Source: a virus
Reading direction: 5' to 3' (one strand)
UHGV virus genome: UHGV-0214301
DNA length: 10,316 bases
The notes under the pieces were generated by a model. The model was not told the DNA's origin. It saw nothing but the letters and a program-made list of their open reading frames with translations, and made no database searches. This document shows positions 1-5,965 of the stretch, piece after piece (within the stretch, counting starts at the first letter, position 1; the number at the start of each line of letters is the position of its first letter). Made by a program: the position numbers and the translations under genes.

Positions 1-1
1 T

Positions 2-967
2 ACCCAGACTATCCGCATGATTCTGGTTGTCACGAATACCGAAGCCATCACGCTGAAAATCGACCCGTCGGTGGTACTGGCGACCCGTAAATACGTGGAT
101 GATGAAGTCCTGGAATTAAGACTGTATGTGGATGACAAGATGAGAAACCACATTGCCGCACAGGATCCTCATATCCAGTATGCGCAGAAACATAATCCGA
201 CATTTACCGGAGAACCAAAAGCGCCGACGCCTGCCGCAGGAAATAACACCACGCGGATTGCGACCACTGAGTTTGTTCAGGCTGCTATTATCGCTCTGAT
301 TAACGGTGCGCCTGCCACGCTGGACACACTGAAAGAAATTGCCGCGGCCATTAACAATGACCCGAAATTCAGCACCACCATTAACAATGCGCTGTCAGGT
401 AAGCAGCCACTGGATGAGACGCTGACTCATTTGAGTGGAAAGGATGTTGCCGGTCTTCTCGCATACCTTGGTTTGGGAGAAGGCTCAGCATTACCTGTTG
501 GGGTGCCTGTTCCGTGGCCTTCAGCCACTCCGCCAACAGGCTGGCTGAAATGCAATGGTGCGGCTTTTTCTGCTGAAGAATACCCGGAACTGGCAAAGGC
601 TTACCCGACCAATAAATTGCCTGATTTACGAGGTGAATTTATTCGTGGCTGGGATGACGGGCGTGGTATTGATAATGGGCGAAGCCTTCTTACTGTTCAG
701 GGGTATGCAACAGAGGATCACGCTCATGGATTACCGTCAAGATCCACGATTGTGACTGATGCAACGATTAATTTTTATTTTGATGAAAGCTGGGTAAATA
801 GTGGCACAGACATTATCAAAAGAGGAAACACAAACGATGCCGGATTACCAGCACCGGATTATGGAACCTTTAAAACATATAAACAATCAGTGGCTGGTTT
901 AGGTGCCGCAGCCTCAGAAACGCGTCCGCGTAATATTGCATTTAACTATATCGTGAGGGCAGCCTGA
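2..967 (+). CDS. H: Tail fibre protein, C-terminal part (5' end lies upstream of the window); P2 gpH equivalent
   Basis: Open frame runs from the window edge (frame of position 2) to TGA at 965-967. The translation has a repeated ATTEFV-type fibre shaft motif and a C-terminal segment (PWPSATPPTGWL...GEFIRGWDDGRGID...HAHGLP) typical of Mu S/P1 S-type tail-collar fibre tips. The stop overlaps the start of the next gene as TGATG. Identification by recognition, not search. Confidence 0.88.
   Translation, partial: TQTIRMILVVTNTEAITLKIDPSVVLATRKYVDDEVLELRLYVDDKMRNHIAAQDPHIQYAQKHNPTFTGEPKAPTPAAGNNTTRIATTEFVQAAIIALINGAPATLDTLKEIAAAINNDPKFSTTINNALSGKQPLDETLTHLSGKDVAGLLAYLGLGEGSALPVGVPVPWPSATPPTGWLKCNGAAFSAEEYPELAKAYPTNKLPDLRGEFIRGWDDGRGIDNGRSLLTVQGYATEDHAHGLPSRSTIVTDATINFYFDESWVNSGTDIIKRGNTNDAGLPAPDYGTFKTYKQSVAGLGAAASETRPRNIAFNYIVRAA
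456..481. other. Candidate hix/gix-like 26-bp invertase crossover site, embedded in H at the constant/variable junction
   Basis: Sequence TTCTCGCATACC-TT-GGTTTGGGAGAA is an imperfect dyad: the left half and the reverse complement of the right half (TTCTCCCAAACC) agree at 9 of 12 positions. As I recall hixL (TTCTTGAAAACCAAGGTTTTTGATAA) it matches at about 19 of 26 positions, including the ACC-NN-GGTTT core. It encodes LLAYLGLGE, immediately before the collar-type variable tip. Confidence 0.4.
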
Positions 968-1569
968 TGCATAAAGCAATATTAAATAGTGAGTTTATTG
1001 CAACAAAGGCAGGGGATGTTACCGTTTATAACTACGATGGTGAAACACGGGAATATATTTCCACGTCAACTGAATATCTTGCTGTGGGTGTCGGTATTCC
1101 GGCATGTTCCTGTCTGGATGCACCTGGCATACATAAGGTTGGTTATGCAATCTGTCGTTCTGTGAATTTAAATTCATGGGAATATGTGCCAGACCATCGC
1201 GGTGAAATCGTCTATAGCACCGAAACAGGAGAATCGAAAGAAATCACAGCTCCGGGTGATTATCCTGAAAATACAACCACTATCGCCCCGTTAACGCCAT
1301 ACGATGAATGGAATGGTGAGAAATGGGTGACAGATACCGAGACACAGCATGGCGCAGCAGTAGATGCAGCAGAAGCACAGCGCCAGTCGCTGATTGATAC
1401 TGCAATGGCCTCCATCAATCTGATTCAACTGAAATTACAGGCCGGACGGAAGCTGACGCAGGCAGAAACAACCCGCCTTAACGCTGTGCTGGATTACATT
1501 GACGCGGTGACGGCAACAGATACCAGCACAGCGCCGGATGTCATCTGGCCTGAACTGCCGGAGGCGTAG
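967..1569 (+). CDS. G: Tail fibre assembly protein (Tfa/Mu U family; P2 gpG position)
   Basis: 200-aa ORF whose ATG overlaps the H stop (TGATG). The C-terminus (LNAVLDYIDAVTATDTSTAPDVIWPELPEA) carries the conserved Tfa signature ending APD-x-WP-x-x-P. It sits directly after the fibre gene. P2 gpG is 175 aa as I recall, so this is a different Tfa allele. Confidence 0.85.
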   Translation: MHKAILNSEFIATKAGDVTVYNYDGETREYISTSTEYLAVGVGIPACSCLDAPGIHKVGYAICRSVNLNSWEYVPDHRGEIVYSTETGESKEITAPGDYPENTTTIAPLTPYDEWNGEKWVTDTETQHGAAVDAAEAQRQSLIDTAMASINLIQLKLQAGRKLTQAETTRLNAVLDYIDAVTATDTSTAPDVIWPELPEA

Positions 1570-1669
1570 GCCATTCAATATCTGGCGCACCAGAAGTATC
1601 GACCAGCTCCAGTGCGTCCAGATAATCTAACCACAAATTGTATTGTTCTAAATCGCCACCTTTTAGCAG
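1541..1669 (-). pseudogene. Remnant of an oppositely oriented tail-fibre assembly gene (tfa', C-terminal ~40 codons only)
   Basis: The minus-strand frame translates to LLKGGDLEQYNLWLDYLDALELVDTSGAPDIEWPTPPAVQAR-stop. This aligns with the G C-terminus on the + strand (NAVLDYIDAVTATDTSTAPDVIWPELPEA). It is cut off upstream by an in-frame stop (+ strand 1670-1672) and overlaps the last ~29 nt of G head to head. Confidence 0.6.
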
Positions 1670-2137
1670 TCAACATCCGATCCTCTTTTGAAGGGAAAGG
1701 CATTAATCCATATGGGGTTCCTGAATTGTTAGCGCCAATTTCTTTCCGGATGCAGACTAAGAATTCACTCATATGCCATGCATTTTTTATAAACGACAAG
1801 CATTGCCCAAGAGTGCGTTAGATGATAGGTGGGAAGAAGTGACAGAAACAGCTAATATCATTGTTCAGCGTAGAGTTGGCAGTGGGCTATGCTCCATCAC
1901 TCAGTGTCCGATAGTATAGAGGCTTGCAGTCCAGTGCACAGATTAGTATGTGTCCGTTTTGTTTCATCCATGTATTGGGAACTGTATAGTTAAATAAAAA
2001 GTGTACAAATTACAATCGCCACTGTAATCATGTGAAAGAATAGATTAATATATCGCATCGGCAAACGTAAGGATGATGTTAAATCGCTTGTGGTTTCTAC
2101 TCACAAAATGATGTTTTATTAATTTTAGGGTTTTATT

Positions 2138-2162
2138 AAAAGGGGATGTAATATCCTTTTTT
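2138..2162 (+). terminator. Possible weak hairpin followed by a T-tract, ~48 bp upstream of the acyltransferase ATG
   Basis: AAAAGGGGAT-gtaat-ATCCTTTTTT: a short GGAT/ATCC stem extendable through G-U pairs, followed by T6. The stem is short and AT-rich, so function is uncertain. Confidence 0.2.
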
Positions 2163-2209
2163 ATAAATTTGATGTATGGTTTTTTGAACTTACACATAAA
2201 AGGTATAAC

Positions 2210-3364
2210 ATGCTGCCTAATCAATCAGTTTTACTTATCTGGATGTTTGTGTTGATGACCGCTATCATTGTTTTATTCTCCACGCAACAATTTAATTTCT
2301 TGGACAAGGATGTGAAATACCGAAATGAGCAGATAGATGGTCTCCGTTTTTTCTTATCAATATTTGTTGTGTTTCATCATTATGTGTTGTCTGAATCATA
2401 TTTTTTCGGCTCAGGATGGACATATGATGCAATCAAAGAGTATCCAGTTAACCAAGTTATTGGTAGATATGGGGTTTCCTTATTTTTCATGATCTCTGGA
2501 TTCTTGTTTTGCAATATTAAATCAAGCGCTAGAGATTGGTTTGTTTTTTATATAAAAAGATTCTTCAGGATAGCGCCTTTATTTACTTTATCATCTTGCG
2601 TTTGTATATCTTTAGCCTTTTTTTTATCACAAAATCCGTCAACATCAGACATATCACTAAAGAGCCTCGCCTATTGGTTTAATATGGGGTTGTCCATGAC
2701 TAAACCAGATATATTTAGTTTGCAAAACTCAAGTTTAATTAACGCTTCTGTAACTTGGACTTTGTACTGGGAATGGGGTTTTTATTTTTCACTGCCATTT
2801 GTATTATTTCTAAAATCAAAGTGGTGTGGGCTATCATTGTCTATCAGTATTATCTTTTTATGTGTTTTTATTTACGCAGATATTAATTCATTCAATGCAA
2901 CGCTCATTTCCTTCTTTTCTATAGGGTTTCTCTGCGCAGAGTTAACAAAAATAATTTCGCTATCTGTGCGAACTTGTAATGTGCTTATTGTTTTTGGGGG
3001 GGTGTTCTGCATTTTTATCGTGGATGATCCATATACAATCTTCAGTATTCCAGGTGTTGGTCTGATTTTTTTTGCTATATCAATGGGCGGAGATTTTTTT
3101 GGTTTATTAAAAATGAAAGGTGTTAGAAGACTTGGTGAAATAACATATAGTACTTATATGTTGCATGGAATTTTTCTCTATGTTCTAAATTTTTTTATTT
3201 CTCCTAATATAAGCAAACAGACATACATGTTGTTGTCGAGCTTTACTATCTTGCTTATTCTAATAATATCTTCATTTACATTTTATGTAATAGAAGCCCC
3301 ATTAAATAAATTAGGTTCTCAAATCGCCACTCGTATGCTTAAGACACATTTGAAGAGTCATTAA
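2210..3364 (+). CDS. Acyltransferase family 3 (OafA/Oac-like) integral membrane protein; probable surface-polysaccharide/LPS O-acyltransferase carried as cargo
   Basis: 384-aa ORF, hydrophobic throughout with multiple predicted membrane-spanning segments. It carries the AT3 hallmarks as I recognise them: an N-terminal R-x-IDGLR-x(10)-H motif (RNEQIDGLRFFLSIFVVFHH), GVSLFFMISGFLF, and a C-terminal ITYSTYMLH plus FYVIEAPLNKLG. About 30% GC on counted lines, sharply lower than the flanking tail genes. No fused SGNH domain. Start codon not certain (an internal Met lies at residue 17). Confidence 0.85.
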   Translation: MLPNQSVLLIWMFVLMTAIIVLFSTQQFNFLDKDVKYRNEQIDGLRFFLSIFVVFHHYVLSESYFFGSGWTYDAIKEYPVNQVIGRYGVSLFFMISGFLFCNIKSSARDWFVFYIKRFFRIAPLFTLSSCVCISLAFFLSQNPSTSDISLKSLAYWFNMGLSMTKPDIFSLQNSSLINASVTWTLYWEWGFYFSLPFVLFLKSKWCGLSLSISIIFLCVFIYADINSFNATLISFFSIGFLCAELTKIISLSVRTCNVLIVFGGVFCIFIVDDPYTIFSIPGVGLIFFAISMGGDFFGLLKMKGVRRLGEITYSTYMLHGIFLYVLNFFISPNISKQTYMLLSSFTILLILIISSFTFYVIEAPLNKLGSQIATRMLKTHLKSH

Positions 3365-3384
3365 ACATAGATAATGTTATTTTT

Positions 3385-3414
3385 GCTCTGAAGCGGTTTT
3401 TATTACTTCAGAGC
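3385..3414. terminator. Perfect 9-bp inverted repeat hairpin just after the acyltransferase stop; possible terminator or transcript-stabilising element
   Basis: GCTCTGAAG-cggtttttatta-CTTCAGAGC, 20 bp past the stop at 3362-3364. A T-run precedes the stem and another lies in the loop, but no U-tract follows on either strand, so it is not a canonical intrinsic terminator. Confidence 0.25.
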
Positions 3415-3466
3415 AATACGGATTCCGACAGGTCGGGGTTAAAAAACTGCGCATAACATTATCTGA

Positions 3467-3700
3467 GGGTGCCATTCTGGTTCTCTGGAAGCAACCAGAG
3501 CTAAAGATCGTATTGGTGGCAGACGTCCGAAACTCACCGCGAGTGAGTGGGAGCAGGCCGGACGGTTGCTGGCTGCGGGGGAGTCACGTCAACGTGTGGC
3601 GCTGATTTTTGATATTGGCCTGTCACCGCTCTATAAAAAATTCCCCTCATCAGCGACAAAGAATAAATTGTGTCATCCCTTAGCCAACCGGGACAAATAG
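3467..3700 (+). pseudogene. 3'-terminal remnant of a serine DNA invertase gene (Gin/Hin/Pin/Cin family), C-terminal HTH domain only
   Basis: The frame translates to ...LEATRAKDRIGGRRPKLTASEWEQAGRLLAAGESRQRVALIFDIGLSPLYKKFP..., matching the conserved C-terminal DNA-binding end of Gin/Pin-type invertases (GRIGGR-P-KLT...EWEQAGRLLA-G..R..VA-I.....S.LYK.FP). The frame is closed by TGA at 3464-3466 and there is no catalytic N-terminal domain or start codon upstream. Confidence 0.7.
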
Positions 3701-3740
3701 CCTGACATCTCCGGCACAACTGAAAATACCACTCACCCAT
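3668..3740 (+). promoter_or_regulatory. Putative Ogr-dependent late promoter for the FI operon (PF)
   Basis: Position is immediately upstream of FI. A partial dyad TTGT-N21-ACAA (3668-3696) is centred about 55 bp upstream of a plausible start near 3737. It does not match the TGT-N12-ACA consensus I recall for P2/P4 late promoters, so this is a low-confidence call. Confidence 0.3.
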
Positions 3741-3759
3741 TAACCACGGAGTTAAACGG

Positions 3760-4950
3760 ATGAGTGACTATCATCACGGCGTGCAGGTGCTGGAGATTAA
3801 CGACGGCACCCGCGTCATTTCCACCGTATCCACCGCCATTGTTGGCATGGTCTGCACGGCCAGCGATGCGGATGCGGAAACCTTCCCCCTCAATAAACCT
3901 GTGCTGATTACCAATGTGCAGAGCGCAATTGCAAAGGCCGGTAAAAAAGGCACGCTGGCGGCATCGTTGCAGGCCATCGCTGACCAGTCAAAACCGGTCA
4001 CCGTTGTCGTGCGCGTGGAAGACGGCACCGGTGATGACGAGGAAACGAAACTCGCGCAGACCGTTTCCAATATCATCGGCACCACCGACGAAAACGGTCA
4101 GTACACCGGACTGAAAGCCCTGCTGGCGGCGGAGTCGGTAACCGGTGTTAAACCGCGTATTCTCGGTGTGCCGGGACTGGACACCAAAGAGGTGGCTGTT
4201 GCACTGGCATCAGTCTGTCAGAAGCTGCGCGCTTTCGGGTATATCAGCGCATGGGGCTGTAAGACCATTTCCGAGGTGAAAGCCTACCGCCAGAATTTCA
4301 GCCAGCGTGAGCTGATGGTCATCTGGCCGGATTTCCTCGCATGGGATACGGTCACCAGTACCACCGCCACCGCGTATGCCACCGCCCGTGCGCTGGGTCT
4401 GCGCGCTAAAATCGACCAGGAGCAGGGCTGGCATAAAACGCTGTCCAACGTCGGGGTGAACGGTGTTACCGGCATCAGCGCATCCGTCTTCTGGGATTTG
4501 CAGGAGTCCGGCACCGATGCTGACCTGCTTAACGAGTCAGGCGTCACTACGCTGATTCGCCGCGACGGTTTCCGATTCTGGGGTAACCGTACCTGCTCTG
4601 ATGACCCGCTGTTCCTCTTTGAAAACTATACCCGCACCGCGCAGGTGCTGGCCGACACGATGGCTGAGGCGCACATGTGGGCGGTGGACAAGCCCATCAC
4701 CGCAACGCTGATTCGCGACATCGTTGACGGCATCAATGCCAAATTCCGTGAGCTGAAAACAAACGGCTATATCGTGGATGCGACCTGCTGGTTCAGCGAA
4801 GAATCCAACGATGCGGAAACCCTCAAGGCCGGAAAACTGTATATCGACTACGACTATACACCGGTGCCTCCTCTTGAAAACCTGACCCTGCGCCAGCGTA
4901 TTACCGATAAATACCTGGCAAATCTGGTCACCTCGGTTAACAGCAATTAA
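3760..4950 (+). CDS. FI: Contractile tail sheath protein
   Basis: 396-aa ORF, the same length as P2 gpFI as I recall, first gene of the FI-FII-E-T-U-D order. GGAG Shine-Dalgarno about 9 nt upstream. High-GC codon usage like the neighbouring tail genes. Confidence 0.93.
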   Translation: MSDYHHGVQVLEINDGTRVISTVSTAIVGMVCTASDADAETFPLNKPVLITNVQSAIAKAGKKGTLAASLQAIADQSKPVTVVVRVEDGTGDDEETKLAQTVSNIIGTTDENGQYTGLKALLAAESVTGVKPRILGVPGLDTKEVAVALASVCQKLRAFGYISAWGCKTISEVKAYRQNFSQRELMVIWPDFLAWDTVTSTTATAYATARALGLRAKIDQEQGWHKTLSNVGVNGVTGISASVFWDLQESGTDADLLNESGVTTLIRRDGFRFWGNRTCSDDPLFLFENYTRTAQVLADTMAEAHMWAVDKPITATLIRDIVDGINAKFRELKTNGYIVDATCWFSEESNDAETLKAGKLYIDYDYTPVPPLENLTLRQRITDKYLANLVTSVNSN

Positions 4951-4962
4951 GGAGCCTGACCG

Positions 4963-5481
4963 ATGGCAATGCCGCGCAAACTCAAGTTAATGAACGTCTT
5001 TCTGAACGGCTACAGCTATCAGGGCGTCGCGAAGTCCGTCACGCTGCCAAAACTGACCCGTAAGCTCGAAAACTATCGCGGTGCGGGGATGAACGGCAGC
5101 GCACCGGTAGACCTCGGCCTTGATGACGATGCGCTGTCAATGGAGTGGTCGCTCGGGGGCTTCCCGGATTCGGTTATCTGGGAGCTTTACGCCGCAACCG
5201 GTGTGGATGCTGTGCCGATTCGTTTTGCAGGCTCTTACCAGCGTGACGATACCGGCGAAACGGTGGCCGTCGAAGTGGTCATGCGTGGACGTCAGAAAGA
5301 AATCGACACCGGCGAGGGTAAACAGGGAGAAGACACTGAGTCGAAAATCTCCGTGGTCTGCACCTATTTCCGGCTGACGATGGACGGTAAGGAGCTGGTC
5401 GAAATCGACACCATCAACATGATTGAGAAGGTGAACGGCGTCGACCGGCTGGAGCAACACCGCCGCAATATCGGCCTGTGA
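4963..5481 (+). CDS. FII: Tail tube protein
   Basis: 172-aa ORF, the length of P2 gpFII, 12 nt after the FI stop, preceded by AAGGAG. Confidence 0.93.
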   Translation: MAMPRKLKLMNVFLNGYSYQGVAKSVTLPKLTRKLENYRGAGMNGSAPVDLGLDDDALSMEWSLGGFPDSVIWELYAATGVDAVPIRFAGSYQRDDTGETVAVEVVMRGRQKEIDTGEGKQGEDTESKISVVCTYFRLTMDGKELVEIDTINMIEKVNGVDRLEQHRRNIGL

Positions 5482-5537
5482 TTTTCATCCGGTCAGCCAG
5501 GCTGACCGGTTAACCCTGATTCAGAAGTGAGAAAACC

Positions 5538-5813
5538 ATGAACAAAGAAAATGTGATTACCCTGGACAATCCGGTCAAGCGTGGTGAGCAGGTCATCGAA
5601 CAGGTCACGCTGATGAAACCCAGTGCCGGGACGCTGCGCGGTGTCAGTCTGGCTGCGGTCGCAAACTCCGAAGTTGATGCACTAATTAAGGTGTTGCCGC
5701 GCATGACGGCACCGATGCTGACCGAGCAGGAAGTTGCCGCACTGGAACTGCCTGACCTTGTGGCGCTGGCCGGTAAGGTGGTCGGTTTTTTGTCGCCGAA
5801 CTCGGTGCAGTAA
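5538..5813 (+). CDS. E: Tail assembly chaperone E (zero-frame product)
   Basis: 91-aa ORF between the tube and tape-measure genes, the length of P2 gpE. It contains the slippery heptamer near its 3' end. Confidence 0.88.
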   Translation: MNKENVITLDNPVKRGEQVIEQVTLMKPSAGTLRGVSLAAVANSEVDALIKVLPRMTAPMLTEQEVAALELPDLVALAGKVVGFLSPNSVQ

Positions 5814-5965
5814 CGTTCCCGAAAAATCTCTCGGTCGATGACCTGATGGCGGATGTGGCAGTGATATTTCACTGGCCGCCATCAGAACTGTATCCCATGA
5901 GCCTGACCGAACTCATCACATGGCGCGAAAAGGCGCTCCGGCGAAGCGGAAACACGAATGAGTAA
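5538..5965 (+). CDS. E+E': Tail assembly chaperone E+E' (-1 frameshift fusion; 85 aa zero frame + 57 aa in -1 frame)
   Basis: Slipping at 5786-5792 and continuing in the -1 frame gives ...GFLVAELGAVTFPKNLSVDDLMADVAVIFHWPPSELYPMSLTELITWREKALRRSGNTNE-stop. The total is 142 aa, equal to P2 E+E' as I recall, and the end overlaps the T start at 5958, as in the P2 and lambda G/GT arrangement. Confidence 0.75.
5786..5792 (+). other. Programmed -1 ribosomal frameshift slippery heptamer T TTT TTG
   Basis: The zero-frame codons are TTT (5787-5789) and TTG (5790-5792), fitting the X XXY YYZ pattern. The -1 frame is open from here to TAA at 5963-5965. Confidence 0.75.

Noticed and set aside
381-755. Two small ORFs (381-596 minus, 555-755 plus) inside H
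   Set aside because: Both lie entirely within the well-supported tail fibre reading frame. They are shadow ORFs with no independent support.
1575-1799. 74-aa minus-strand ORF in the region just downstream of G
   Set aside because: It is in a different frame from the Tfa-like remnant, has no recognisable motifs, overlaps the G 3' end, and lies in degraded AT-rich sequence. Most likely a chance ORF created by decay of the tfa' gene.
1612-1821. 69-aa plus-strand ORF antisense to the above
   Set aside because: No ribosome-binding site or recognisable domain, and it sits mirror-image to another chance ORF in decaying sequence. Not supported as a gene.
2088-2100. TTGTGGTTTCT stretch considered as a second gix-like half-site
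   Set aside because: Only the GGTTT pentamer matches. The flanking positions do not fit the dyad, so there is no support for a partner crossover site here.
2184-2209. TTGAAC ... TATAAC as the promoter of the acyltransferase
   Set aside because: Spacing between the hexamers is only about 14 bp and the putative -10 abuts the start codon, leaving no room for a leader or ribosome-binding site. The promoter is more likely further upstream but could not be placed.
3431-3450. GGTCGGGGTTAAAAAAC considered as a gixR remnant next to the invertase relic
   Set aside because: Poor match to the invertase-site consensus in either orientation. It also sits at the 3' rather than the 5' end of the invertase fragment, where a site would not be expected.
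3534-3740. 68-aa minus-strand ORF upstream of FI
   Set aside because: It lies antisense to the clearly recognisable invertase C-terminal remnant and across the presumed FI promoter. The plus-strand homology explains the region better.
3774-4547. Minus- and plus-strand ORFs inside FI (3774-4085, 3914-4114, 4210-4434, 4284-4547)
   Set aside because: Alternative-frame ORFs within the high-GC sheath gene. Their Pro/Arg/Ser/Thr-rich translations are typical of GC-rich shadow frames.
5120-5460. ORFs 5120-5377 (+) and 5137-5460 (-) inside FII
   Set aside because: Shadow ORFs embedded in the tail tube gene with no start-site support.
5510-5882. Minus-strand ORFs 5510-5872 and 5682-5882 overlapping E and E'
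   Set aside because: They are antisense to E and E+E', whose frameshift architecture accounts for the sequence. No independent signals.
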